Assembly: GCF_031178445.1 (NCBI RefSeq) | Contig: NZ_JAPSIY010000008.1 | Span: forward strand, 65,429 to 129,428 | Source: Microbacterium sp. | Lineage (GTDB): Bacteria > Actinomycetota > Actinomycetes > Actinomycetales > Microbacteriaceae | DNA: 64,000 nt | Direction: 5' to 3' | Shown here: one piece after another, positions 34,407 to 44,498 of the stretch | Position numbering within the stretch: the first letter of the stretch is position 1 | How the letters are laid out: each line of letters opens with the position of its first letter | Notes under the pieces: generated by a model | The model's database searches: none | Seen by the model: the letters and a program-made list of their open reading frames with translations, nothing else | What the model was told of the DNA's origin: nothing | Made by a program: the position numbers and the translations under genes

Positions 34407-35729
34407 GTGACCTCCTCCCCGCCGCTTCGCTCGACACCGGCCTGGCGCGCGTGGCTGATCTGGTCGGTCGCCGTCGCCGCGTACATGCTGGCGATCGCGA
34501 ACCGGGCGTCCCTCAGCGCCGTCGGCGTCGACGCCGCTGAGCGTTTCCAGGCAGACGCCTCCACTCTCTCACTCTTCGCGGTGGTGCAGCTCGCCGTGTA
34601 CGGCGGGATGCAGCTGCCGATCGGCGTGCTGCTCGACCGCCACGGCTCACGCCCGATCATGGCGATCGGTATGGTCCTGATGGCGCTCGGTCAGCTGGTC
34701 ATGGCCCTCTCCCCCAGCATCGGCATCGCCTTGATCGCGCGAGTGCTCCTGGGCGCCGGCGACGCGGCCGTCTTCCCCGCCGCGCTGCGTCTGGTCGCGA
34801 CTTGGTTCCCCGCACAGCGCGGTCCACTGATGATGCAGCTGACAGGCCAGCTGGGTCAGCTCGGCCAGCTCGTGGCGCTGATCCCCGTCGCCGCCCTGCT
34901 GCATGCGACGACGTGGACCATCACCTTCGGCAGCATCGCCGGCCTGGGGGTTCTCTTCGCGATCCTCGTCTGGGCGCTGATCCGCAACCGCCCGCCCGAG
35001 CGCGCCGCCGATGTCACCGTGAACACCGAGACCGGAGTCGTCAAGGTGGTGACCTCGGCCATCGACACCGGCGTCGGCATCGGGGCCGCATGGGCGCATC
35101 CTGGCACACGGCTCGCATTCTGGTCGCACTTCACGACGCCGTTCGCCGGCACGGCGTTCGTGCTGCTGTGGGGCATGCCGTTCCTCACAGCGGGGGAAGG
35201 CCTGCCGACGGCCGCAGCTGCCGGCGTGCTGTCACTGTTCGTCGTCGCCGGCATGGTGTTCGGACCCCTGCTCGGCGAACTGTCCCGCCGCATTCCCACG
35301 CGACGATCCCTCGGCCTCGTGCTGCCCACGGTCGCCGTTCAGCTTCTCGCCTGGATCGTCGTCATCGTCTGGCCCGGGCCGGCGCCGACCTGGCTGCTTG
35401 TGCTGCTGGTGATCGCGCTCGCCGCCGGCGGCCCTGCCTCGATGATCGCGTTCGACCATGCGCGCACGCACAACCCCGCCCATCGGCTGAGCACGGCTAC
35501 CGGCCTGACGAACGCTGGCGGCTTCCTCGCCGCACTCATCGCGATCTTCCTGATCGGCCTCACTCTCGATCTGCAGGGTGCCGGCACGCCGGAGACGTAC
35601 TCACTCGACGCGTTCCGTCTCGCGTTTCTCACCCAGGTTCCGCTGTGGCTGCTGGGCGCCGTGTTCATCGTGATCGAGCGCAAGCGCACTCGGATCCGGA
35701 TGGGGCTCGATCCGGAGAGGAAGCGATGA
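34407..35729 (+). CDS. MFS transporter
   Basis: About 12 TM segments, GVLLDRHGSR motif A. Confidence 0.9.
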   Translation: MTSSPPLRSTPAWRAWLIWSVAVAAYMLAIANRASLSAVGVDAAERFQADASTLSLFAVVQLAVYGGMQLPIGVLLDRHGSRPIMAIGMVLMALGQLVMALSPSIGIALIARVLLGAGDAAVFPAALRLVATWFPAQRGPLMMQLTGQLGQLGQLVALIPVAALLHATTWTITFGSIAGLGVLFAILVWALIRNRPPERAADVTVNTETGVVKVVTSAIDTGVGIGAAWAHPGTRLAFWSHFTTPFAGTAFVLLWGMPFLTAGEGLPTAAAAGVLSLFVVAGMVFGPLLGELSRRIPTRRSLGLVLPTVAVQLLAWIVVIVWPGPAPTWLLVLLVIALAAGGPASMIAFDHARTHNPAHRLSTATGLTNAGGFLAALIAIFLIGLTLDLQGAGTPETYSLDAFRLAFLTQVPLWLLGAVFIVIERKRTRIRMGLDPERKR

Positions 35730-35741
35730 TCAGCGCTCGTG

Positions 35742-36560
35742 TCACAGACCGAGAGCCTGGAAGGTCTCCACGACCAGTTCGACGCTGACGCGGGCGGGCA
35801 CCTCGGCATCCCCGTCCTCGAACTCCGCGAACTCGACGCCGCGGACGCTGTCGGCGGGCACTGCGGCGAAGATCGCCGCGACCTGATGCGGCAGCAATCC
35901 GCCGCCGACGCGGTATGCAGCAGGGATGTATCCGGGCTCGAGCACATCCCAATCCACGTGGATCCACACGTCGCGCCCTGCGACGACTCGAGCCACGCTC
36001 TCGGGCGTGCTCTCGGATGGGCTGAGCACGGTCACGCCGTGTTCGGCGAGCAGACGCTCCTCGGCGGCGTCGATGTCGCGCGCCCCGACGATGACGACCT
36101 GCTGAGGGTTCAGCCCGGCGCCATGCCCGCTGTCCCACAGTCCGCAGGCGGCGGCGACCACCATGCCACCCAGATAGCCGGACTCGGTCGTGGCAGGCGT
36201 GTTGAAATCCCCGTGCGCGTCGATCCACAGCAGGACCGCGTCCGGGAAGTTCTCAGCGACGGTCGGAAGGGTGCCGAGGCTTGCCGCGCACGTGTTCGTG
36301 GCGAGCACGGGCCGGCGTCCGGCGTCGAGTGAATCCCGCAGCGCCGCACGGAGCGCGATGAGTGTGTCGGATGCCGCCGGCAGACAGACCGACCAGTCGT
36401 CCGTCGCCGGAGCCGAAGGCGAGCCGACGATGCGCGGCGGCACGTCGAGAAGTGCGGACAGCGCTTGGCCGGTCTTGAGCGCGCCGGGGATCGCCCCCGA
36501 CGTCCGATCTGCGACCCGCCCCTGCGAGACGATGACGTCGACCTTCTGTGCCATGTGCAT
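35742..36560 (-). CDS. Arginase/ureohydrolase family protein
   Basis: WIDAHGDFNTP, GARDID, HVDWDVLEP; RBS GAGGAG. Confidence 0.88.
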   Translation of the reverse strand: MHMAQKVDVIVSQGRVADRTSGAIPGALKTGQALSALLDVPPRIVGSPSAPATDDWSVCLPAASDTLIALRAALRDSLDAGRRPVLATNTCAASLGTLPTVAENFPDAVLLWIDAHGDFNTPATTESGYLGGMVVAAACGLWDSGHGAGLNPQQVVIVGARDIDAAEERLLAEHGVTVLSPSESTPESVARVVAGRDVWIHVDWDVLEPGYIPAAYRVGGGLLPHQVAAIFAAVPADSVRGVEFAEFEDGDAEVPARVSVELVVETFQALGL

Positions 36561-36577
36561 ACTCTCCTCGTTCCTGC

Positions 36578-37321
36578 TCATCGTCGTGGCGTCCAGCCGA
36601 GCGGACGCGCTCCTCCCCTGGCACCGCGCTCCACATCCGCACGAGCCGACCAGCCTTGGGCGGCATCCCGTCCGTCGAAGCCTCCGCGCGCCATCCGCAT
36701 GCCCACATCGTCATGGTGCATACGGGGCCCGCCACCGCGGCGCACCGACGCGCGCACGCTCCAGGCTCCGTCCGCGAACCCGCCGCCACGGAAGACCCGG
36801 TAGTCGTCGTAACGTTCCGGATCGAGCAGGTCCCAGCACCACTCCCAGACGTTGCCCAGCATGTCGAACAGCCCGTTCAGGTTCGGCAGCCGTCCGCCGA
36901 CATCCTGCGGCGCGTCCACGCCGTCGAGTGCGGTCCACGCGGTCTCCCCCAGCGGGCCGTAATGCGGTCCGCTGGACCCTGCACGGCAGGCGTACTCCCA
37001 CTCCGCCTCGGTGGGCAGCCGGAAGCCTTCGCTGTCGACATGCCACGTGACGTCCTCGCCGTCGAAGGAGTACGCCGGATCGAGTCCTTCCCACTCCGAC
37101 GCCGCATTGCAGAAGCGGATCGCCCGCAGCCAGCTGAGGTCCCGAGCGGGGCGCCGCGGATGCTGCGCGGGGATGCCGATCACCTCGGCGAACTGCTCCT
37201 CTGTGACGGCGTACACACCGATCTCGAACGGCTCCAGCCGCACGGTGCGGTGCTCTCGGCGACGTGCATCGTGCAGGCTGACGACGCCGGCCGGGAGTGA
37301 CCGCATCTCCCAGGTGTCCAC
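36578..37321 (-). CDS. Formylglycine-generating enzyme (FGE-sulfatase) domain protein
   Basis: RLPTEAEWEYACRAG, NGLFDMLGNVWEWCWD, RVFRGG, GMRMAR. Confidence 0.9.
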   Translation of the reverse strand: MDTWEMRSLPAGVVSLHDARRREHRTVRLEPFEIGVYAVTEEQFAEVIGIPAQHPRRPARDLSWLRAIRFCNAASEWEGLDPAYSFDGEDVTWHVDSEGFRLPTEAEWEYACRAGSSGPHYGPLGETAWTALDGVDAPQDVGGRLPNLNGLFDMLGNVWEWCWDLLDPERYDDYRVFRGGGFADGAWSVRASVRRGGGPRMHHDDVGMRMARGGFDGRDAAQGWSARADVERGARGGARPLGWTPRR

Positions 37322-37324
37322 GAT

Positions 37325-37979
37325 TCAACCCGCCACGGTATCTGGACGCCGACGGCCTGCGGCGTGCTCGTCGCCACCGCTCAGGCGCACGGCGAAGATC
37401 CGCATGAAGAACTGGCACATCGGTCCGACGAGCAGGGCGAATGCGACGGTGCCGACGCCGACAGTACCGCCGAGCGCCCATCCGATGGCGACGACGGTCA
37501 CCTCGAGCGCGGTGCGCACCACCCAGATCGGCAGGCCGAGTCGCGCGTGAAGCCCGGTCATCAGTCCGTCGCGCGGCCCCGGACCGAAGTGCGCGCCGAT
37601 GTACATCCCCGTCGCGGCCGCGAGCACGGTCAGTCCGATCGCGAAGAACAGCACCTGCAAGGCCAGCGCGTCGGGGTACGGGATGACCATGAAGCCGACA
37701 TCGGCCGAAGGCCCCACGAACAGGGCGTTCACGATCGTTCCGATCCCCGGCCTCTGTCTGATCGGTATCCACAGCAGCAGCACCAACACGCTCACCAGCA
37801 CCGTGATGACGCCGAAGCTGAGCGGCACGTGGAAGGAGAGCCCCTGGATGAGCACATCCCACGGTGCTGCACCGATGGACCCCGCGGATGATGAAGGCGA
37901 TCCCGATGCCGTACAGGAACACGCCGACGCAGAGCTGCAGGATGCGCCGCGGGAGCCTGACGCCGCTCACGCGGCTCAT
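37325..37979 (-). pseudogene. YczE/YitT-like membrane protein with +1 frameshift
   Basis: QLCVGVFLYGIG..RG then SIGAAPWDVLIQG in another frame; extra G in the run at 37880-37883; GPGPRDGLMTG motif downstream. Confidence 0.8.
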
Positions 37980-38731
37980 CGCGGTGTCCGCTCGACCCAG
38001 GTGGCGTGCTTGGGCGCCCGGCCGTCGCCGGAAGACGTGCGGGTCACTCGCCGCTGAATCCACGGGCCGACGAACTGACGGTAGTAGGCGAAGCCCTCCG
38101 GACCCGCCGGCGGATGCTGCGAGGGCGACCACCATTCCGCAGGCGGCTCGAGTCCCAGCGCATGCAGCACGCGGGCAGCGACCCTGTGGTGGCCATGCGC
38201 GTTCATGTGCAGGCGATCCTCTGACCAGTACTGCGGTGCGGAGAGCTCGGTGTCGGGCCAGTTCAGCGCTCGGATCACATCCGGTCTGTCCTCGATGCGC
38301 CGGAGCACTGCGGCCGAAAGCTCATCCCCACGGCGCTGCACCAGGCGCCCGACCGGCAGGCGTGCGCTGGGATTCGCACCGGACAGCACGATCAGCCGAA
38401 CGCCCTCCTCGTCGCAACGGCGCAGCACACGGCTGAACGCATCGGCGATGTGCTCGATGTCGGCGTTCGGCCGCAGCATGTCGTTGCCACCGCCGTTGAA
38501 CGAGAGGTGGGTCGGCCGCAACGACAGTGCCGGCTCGAGCTGCTCTTCGACGATGGGCCAGGCGAGACGGCCGCGGATCGCGAGATTGGCGTACTGGATC
38601 GGATGCCCCGTCGCATCGGCCCAGCCCTGAGCTGCGATGTCGGCCCAGCCGCGCACACGCCCGTCCGGCAGCTCGTCGCCGACGCCCTCCGTGAAGGAGT
38701 CCCCGATCGCCACGAAACGCACTGCTGCCAT
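37976..38731 (-). CDS. SGNH/GDSL hydrolase family protein
   Basis: FVAIGDSFTEG, YANLAIRG, GGND, DRLHMN. Confidence 0.9.
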   Translation of the reverse strand: MAAVRFVAIGDSFTEGVGDELPDGRVRGWADIAAQGWADATGHPIQYANLAIRGRLAWPIVEEQLEPALSLRPTHLSFNGGGNDMLRPNADIEHIADAFSRVLRRCDEEGVRLIVLSGANPSARLPVGRLVQRRGDELSAAVLRRIEDRPDVIRALNWPDTELSAPQYWSEDRLHMNAHGHHRVAARVLHALGLEPPAEWWSPSQHPPAGPEGFAYYRQFVGPWIQRRVTRTSSGDGRAPKHATWVERTPR

Positions 38732-38771
38732 GCCTTCCAGCCTAGAGCCGCAGTGCACCCGTGGTGCGTCG

Positions 38772-40124
38772 TCAGCGGTCGTCCAGGGACTTGCCGCGAC
38801 GGTCTGCGAGGCCCCACGCGGCCACCGCGGCGACGACGAAGAACCCTGCGAACACGGTGAAGGCGAGCGGCGCCCCGCCCGTCTGCAGCAGCATCGGAAC
38901 CATGAGTGGGGCGATGATCGACGCGATCCGGCCGACGCCCGCAGCCCAGCCCGCACCTGTCGCCCGCAGCGACGTGGGATAGATCTCAGGCGTGACGGCG
39001 TACAGGGCGCCCCAGGCTCCGAGATTGAAGAACGACAGAGCCATGCCCGCTGCGACGATCGCGAAGGGCTCGCCGGCGGTGCCGAAGAAGAGTGCCGCCA
39101 CCACGGAGCCTGCCAGGAACACCGACAAGGTGAGTCGCCGTCCCCAGAGCTCGATCAGCCACGCGGCGACAGCATAACCGGGCAGCTGGGCGAGCGTGAT
39201 CAGCAGCGTGAAGCCGAAGGAGCGCACCAGGTCGTATCCGGCGTTGAACAGGATCGTCGGGATCCAGATGAACGCTCCGTAGTACGCGAAGTTCACGCAG
39301 AACCAGACAAGCCAGACGCTCGCCGTCCGCAACCGCAGCTCGCGCGACCACAGCATCCGCACTCGCGCGGAGGAGGATTCGGCCAGCACGCGATGCCCCG
39401 GTTCCGCCCGCGAGGCAGGACGGCGGCGCAGGTCTGCGGAGGTCTCCAGCGTCAGGACGACCCGTTCTGCATCCGCGATCCGTCCGCGGGACGCGAGCCA
39501 GCGCGGAGATTCCGGCAGTCCCCAGCGGACGAACAGCGCGTACGCCGCGGGCACGGCGCCGAGGGCGAAGGCCCACCTCCAGCCCGCCTCGGATGCCGGG
39601 ATGACGAAGTACCCGATCAGCGCGGACGCGGTCCACCCCACCGCCCAGAATGCCTCGAGGATGACGATCAGCCGACCGCGGATCGCGGCGGGTGCGAATT
39701 CGCTGACGTAGGTGGAGGCGACGGGAAGCTCGGCGCCGAGGCCGAGCCCGACGAAGAACCGCAGCACCATCAGCATCGCGACCCCGCCGACAAGCGCGCT
39801 GGCACCCGTGGCGAGCCCGTAGACGAGCAGCGTGATGGCGAAGACCTGCCGCCGCCCGATCCGGTCGGCGAGGAGACCACCGACGCCGGCGCCCACAGCC
39901 ATACCCACGAATCCGATGGACGCGATCCAGCCGGTCTCGGCGGGTGTCAGCGCCCACTGCTGCGCAAGCGCGGCGATGATGAACGAGATGAGGCCGACGT
40001 CCATCGCGTCCAACGCCCATCCGATTCCCGAGCCGCTGAGCACGCGGAAGTGGGCTCTGGTGAACGGCAGGGCATCGAGGCGGGCGGCGAGCGACGATCG
40101 GCTCGGCAGCGCGGGGTCCGGCAT
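38772..40124 (-). CDS. MFS transporter (sugar porter / putative metabolite family)
   Basis: DAMD, LADRIGRR, GLGAELPVASTYVSEF, PESPRWL, PEIYPT. Confidence 0.92.
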   Translation of the reverse strand: MPDPALPSRSSLAARLDALPFTRAHFRVLSGSGIGWALDAMDVGLISFIIAALAQQWALTPAETGWIASIGFVGMAVGAGVGGLLADRIGRRQVFAITLLVYGLATGASALVGGVAMLMVLRFFVGLGLGAELPVASTYVSEFAPAAIRGRLIVILEAFWAVGWTASALIGYFVIPASEAGWRWAFALGAVPAAYALFVRWGLPESPRWLASRGRIADAERVVLTLETSADLRRRPASRAEPGHRVLAESSSARVRMLWSRELRLRTASVWLVWFCVNFAYYGAFIWIPTILFNAGYDLVRSFGFTLLITLAQLPGYAVAAWLIELWGRRLTLSVFLAGSVVAALFFGTAGEPFAIVAAGMALSFFNLGAWGALYAVTPEIYPTSLRATGAGWAAGVGRIASIIAPLMVPMLLQTGGAPLAFTVFAGFFVVAAVAAWGLADRRGKSLDDR

Positions 40125-40174
40125 CCTCTCATCGTAGAGGCGCGCGACCCCGCGCCGGAGCACGCGTGACCGGC

Positions 40175-41848
40175 TCAGACCGAGAAGACCGAACGCAGGG
40201 TGTCGAGGCCGACGCCGCCCAGGTCAAGGGCACGCTTGTGGAAGTCCTTGAACGAGAACGCATCACCCTGACGCGCACGCACGGTGTCGCGCACCTGCTC
40301 CCAGATGCGCTGTCCGACCTTGTACGAAGGCGCCTGACCCGGCCAGCCGAGATAGCGGTTGACCTCGAACTGGCGGAACTCGTCGGGCATGTTCACGTTG
40401 CGGCGCATCATCTCGAGTGCGTAGTCGTGGTCCCAGACCCCATCGGCGTCGAGGCGGGGCTTGCCCAGGTGCACTCCGATGTCGAGCACCACGCGCAGCG
40501 CCCGCATCCGCTGCCCATCGAGCATGCCGAGCCTGTCCGCCGGGTCGTCGAGGTAGCCGAGTTCCTCCATGAGCCGCTCGGCGTACAGCGCCCAGCCCTC
40601 GGCGTGTCCGGAGGTGCCGGCGAGCACCCTTCGCCAGGTGTTCAGCTCGGCCCTGTTGTACGTGGCCTGGCCGATCTGCAGGTGATGCCCTGGAACGCCC
40701 TCGTGATAGACCGTGGTCAGCTCGCGCCAGGTGTCGAACTCGGTGACGCCCTCCGGCACCGACCACCACATGCGTCCGGGGCGGGAGAAGTCGTCGGTCG
40801 GACCGGTGTAGTAGATGCCGCCCTCCTGGGTGGGGGCGATCATGCACTCCAGCGCGCGGATCTCGTCCGGGATCTCGAAGTGACTGGCACCCAGCTCGGC
40901 GATCGCCCTGTCGCTCGTCTCCTGCATCCAGTGCTGCAGGGCCTCCGTGCCATGGAGCTTGCGAGCGGGATCGGCCTCCAGGTGAGCGACAGCCTCTTCG
41001 ACGGTAGCGCCGGGGAGGATCTCGTTCGCGATCGACTCCTGCTCGGCGATCATGCGGGCGAGCTCCTCGCGACCCCACTCGTAGGTCTCGTCGAGGTCGA
41101 TCGTCGCCCCCAGGAAGCGGCGGGAGTTCAGGGCGTACAGGTCTCGTCCGACCGCGTCCTGTTCCGCCGCGGCCGGCGCGAGCTCGGAGGTGAGGAACGA
41201 GCGCAGTTCGTCGTACGCCACACGAGCGGCGCCCGCGTGATCGGCCAAATCTCGAGCGAGGGATGCCGGGAGCTGTCCGTCCTGCGGCGCGGCGGTCGCC
41301 ACGAAGGAGGCGAAGAAGCCGTCGTCCGCGCTGTACCTCGCCACCTGGGTGGCGACCTCGATCACCTGCCGGCGTGCGGGGACGACCCCGTGGCGGATGC
41401 CCTCACGGAGCGTCTCGATGTACCCCTTCAGCGCCGCCGGCACCGCTGCGAGGCGCTCGGACACCACGACCCAATCGTCGCCGCTGTCGGTCGGCATGAG
41501 GTCGAACGCCTGCCGGAAATCCTGCGGGGCGGACGCGATGACGTTGAGGTCGCGCAGGTGCCACTGCGCGTCATGCAGCTCGATCTGCAGGCGCAGCTCG
41601 GCCGACAGATCGGCTTTCGTGACCTCGTCGATCGAGTCGACAGGATCGATCGAGTTCAGATCGGCGAGCGTCGAACGGGCCGCCGCCACGGCGCGCTCGT
41701 GTCCCTCCGGGCTGACGTCGTCGAGCCGGCCGTTCGCCTCGTTGCGACCGATGTACGTCGCCAGCGTCGGCGACAGCTCGGTGAGGGTGTCGACCCAGCG
41801 CTCGGCGACCTGATCGATCGCGGACGGGGTGCGGGGTTCAGCAGTCAT
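40175..41848 (-). CDS. DUF885 domain protein
   Basis: YHEGVPGHHLQ, EGWALYAE, YLGWPGQAPSYKVG. Confidence 0.92.
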   Translation of the reverse strand: MTAEPRTPSAIDQVAERWVDTLTELSPTLATYIGRNEANGRLDDVSPEGHERAVAAARSTLADLNSIDPVDSIDEVTKADLSAELRLQIELHDAQWHLRDLNVIASAPQDFRQAFDLMPTDSGDDWVVVSERLAAVPAALKGYIETLREGIRHGVVPARRQVIEVATQVARYSADDGFFASFVATAAPQDGQLPASLARDLADHAGAARVAYDELRSFLTSELAPAAAEQDAVGRDLYALNSRRFLGATIDLDETYEWGREELARMIAEQESIANEILPGATVEEAVAHLEADPARKLHGTEALQHWMQETSDRAIAELGASHFEIPDEIRALECMIAPTQEGGIYYTGPTDDFSRPGRMWWSVPEGVTEFDTWRELTTVYHEGVPGHHLQIGQATYNRAELNTWRRVLAGTSGHAEGWALYAERLMEELGYLDDPADRLGMLDGQRMRALRVVLDIGVHLGKPRLDADGVWDHDYALEMMRRNVNMPDEFRQFEVNRYLGWPGQAPSYKVGQRIWEQVRDTVRARQGDAFSFKDFHKRALDLGGVGLDTLRSVFSV

Positions 41849-41858
41849 GCAGATGAGC

Positions 41859-44492
41859 CTAGTGCGCTGCCTCGTTCCAATCGCGACCGCGACCGACCTG
41901 CACGTCGAGCGGCACCGAGAGGTCTGCGGCGCCTGCCATGCGTTCCTTCACGACACCCTCGACCGTGTCCCACTCCCCCGCTGCCACCTCCACGACGAGC
42001 TCGTCGTGGATCTGCAGCAGCACACGTGAGGCGAGACCCCGCGACACGAGGTCGTCGTGGATGCGGAAGAGCGCCACCTTCATGATGTCGGCCGCGCTTC
42101 CCTGGATGGGAGCGTTCAGCGCGGCGCGCTCCGCGTTCTCACGCAGGACGCGGTTGGGGCTGGACAGATCGGGGAACGGGCGGCGCCGGCCGAAGATGGT
42201 CTCGGTGTAGCCGTCCTCCTTCGCCTTCATCACCGACGCACGCAGGTAGTCGCGCACAGCGCCGAACCGCGCGAAGTACTCCAGCATCAGCTGCTTCGCC
42301 TCGGACTGCTCGATACGGAGCTGCTTGGAGAGACCGAACGCACTGAGCCCATAGACCAAGCCGTATGACATCGCCTTCACCTTGGTCCGCATCGCCGAGG
42401 TGACGTCCTCCGGCTCGACCCCGAAGACCCGCGCCCCCACGAAGCGGTGCAGGTCCTCACCGGAGTTGAACGCCTCGATGAGCCCCGCGTCGCCGGACAG
42501 GTGCGCCATGATGCGCATCTCGATCTGCGAGTAGTCCGCGGTGAGCAGCGTCTCGTATCCCTCACCCACTTCGAACGCACTTCGGATCCGGCGGGACTCC
42601 TCGGTGCGGACCGGAATGTTCTGCAGATTCGGATCGGTGCTCGAGAGCCGGCCCGTCTGACTGCCGGTCTGCACGTACGTGGTGTGGACGCGTCCGTCGG
42701 CGCGGATGGCGGTGTCGAGAGATTCGATGATCTGGCGCAGCTTCGTCGCCTCGCGGTGCTGAGAGAGCTGCTCGAGGAAGGGGTGCGGCGCCTTCTCCTG
42801 AATGTCGGCGAGGGACGCGGCATCCGTCGAGTAGCCGGTCTTCGTCTTACGTGTCTTGGGCAGCTGAAGCTCTTCGAACAGCACCTCCTGCAGCTGCTTG
42901 GGAGAGCCCAGGTTCACCTCGCGACCGATCGTCGCGTACGCGTCCTGCGCGATCGCATCGGCGCGGGTGGCGAGCTCGGCCGAGAACTCCGACAGCACGG
43001 CGTGCGACACGGCGACGCCCGCGAGTTCCATGTCCGCCAGCGTCATCAGCGAAGGCAGCTCGATATCGGTGAGGACGGCGGACACGCTGTCCGGCATGGC
43101 CTCCCGGATCGCGGCGGAGGCGCGCAAGGTGAACCACGCCTCCTGTGCCGGCGTCGCACCCTCGTGCTCGGGCACCAGCTGGGTGGGATCGGCTTCCGGG
43201 AGCTTCTCGCCCAGATAGCGCTCCACCAGGTTGCCGAGGGTCTTGTCGGGAAAGCTCGGGCGCATCAGCCAGCCGCCTAGAAGAGTGTCATCGCTGAGCC
43301 CGCCGAGGCGGATCCCGGCGGACAGCAGCGCCTTGACCTGCGGCTTGGCGTCGTGAAGCACCTTCGGCGCCTCCGCTTCGAGCCACTCGCGCAGGTCGGC
43401 CGCCGCATCCACCGACCAGTCGCATTCGTAGAGCTCGCTCTCGTCGGCGACCCCGATGCGCACGATCTCACCGTCGGCCGTCACGAACGTGACACCGAGC
43501 GGCCCGTCCTGCGACGACGCCCAGGAGGCCAGCGATGCAGCATCCGCCTGCACCGGCTCCGGCATCTCGACCGCGGTCTGGTCGTCGGCGCCGTCGTCCT
43601 CGGCACCCACGGCCTCGAACACGCGAGGCAGGAGCGTGCGGAACTCCAGCCGGGCGAAGATGTCGCGCACGGCCTGGGCGTCGATCGGCGTCACGGCGAT
43701 CTCAGCGGGTCCGACGGGCAGCTCCACGTCGCGCAGCAGCCGGTTCAGCCGGCGGTTGCGACGCACATCCTCGATGTGCTCGCGCAGGTTGCCGCCGACG
43801 ACGCCCTTGATCTCGCCGGCGCGCTCGAGCAGCTCATCGAGCGAGCCGAACTGGGTCAGCCACTTCACGGCCGTCTTCTCCCCCACCTTGGGCACGCCGG
43901 GGAGGTTGTCGCTGGTCTCACCGACCAGTGCCGCGATGTCGGGATACTGTTCCGGGCGCACACCGTATCGCTCGGCCACGGCGGCAGGATCGTATCGCTT
44001 GAGCTGCGATACGCCCTGCACCGAGGGGTAGAGCAGGGTGATGTCGTCGTTCACCAGCTGGATGGTGTCGCGATCACCGGAGACGACGAGCACGTCGTAC
44101 CCCTGCTCCGCCCCCTGTGTGGCCAGCGTGGCGAGGATGTCGTCGGCCTCGACGCCCTCCTTGGTGAGCACGGGCACCGACATCGCGGCCAGGCAGTCCT
44201 GCAGAAGCGGGATCTGGCCACGGAACTCCTGTGGCGTCTCGGAACGGGTGGCCTTGTACTCCGAGTACACCTCGGTGCGGAAGGAGTGCCGCGACGTGTC
44301 GAAGGCGACCGCCAGGTGCGTCGGCTTCTCGGCCTTGATCAGATTGACGAACATCGACAGGAATCCGTAGATGGCGTTCGTGTGCTGGTTGTCCCTGGTG
44401 GTGAAGTTGTCGACCGGGAGGGCGAAGAACGCCCGGTACGCGAGGGAATGGCCGTCGACGACCATGAGGGTAGGCTTTGCGGAGTCCGTCAC
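41859..44492 (-). CDS. polA: DNA polymerase I
   Basis: DGHSLAYRAFF 5'-exonuclease, ADYSQIEMR, KAMSYGLVYG, NAPIQGSAAD, QIHDEL. Confidence 0.97.
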   Translation of the reverse strand: MTDSAKPTLMVVDGHSLAYRAFFALPVDNFTTRDNQHTNAIYGFLSMFVNLIKAEKPTHLAVAFDTSRHSFRTEVYSEYKATRSETPQEFRGQIPLLQDCLAAMSVPVLTKEGVEADDILATLATQGAEQGYDVLVVSGDRDTIQLVNDDITLLYPSVQGVSQLKRYDPAAVAERYGVRPEQYPDIAALVGETSDNLPGVPKVGEKTAVKWLTQFGSLDELLERAGEIKGVVGGNLREHIEDVRRNRRLNRLLRDVELPVGPAEIAVTPIDAQAVRDIFARLEFRTLLPRVFEAVGAEDDGADDQTAVEMPEPVQADAASLASWASSQDGPLGVTFVTADGEIVRIGVADESELYECDWSVDAAADLREWLEAEAPKVLHDAKPQVKALLSAGIRLGGLSDDTLLGGWLMRPSFPDKTLGNLVERYLGEKLPEADPTQLVPEHEGATPAQEAWFTLRASAAIREAMPDSVSAVLTDIELPSLMTLADMELAGVAVSHAVLSEFSAELATRADAIAQDAYATIGREVNLGSPKQLQEVLFEELQLPKTRKTKTGYSTDAASLADIQEKAPHPFLEQLSQHREATKLRQIIESLDTAIRADGRVHTTYVQTGSQTGRLSSTDPNLQNIPVRTEESRRIRSAFEVGEGYETLLTADYSQIEMRIMAHLSGDAGLIEAFNSGEDLHRFVGARVFGVEPEDVTSAMRTKVKAMSYGLVYGLSAFGLSKQLRIEQSEAKQLMLEYFARFGAVRDYLRASVMKAKEDGYTETIFGRRRPFPDLSSPNRVLRENAERAALNAPIQGSAADIMKVALFRIHDDLVSRGLASRVLLQIHDELVVEVAAGEWDTVEGVVKERMAGAADLSVPLDVQVGRGRDWNEAAH

Positions 44493-44498
44493 TCTGCA

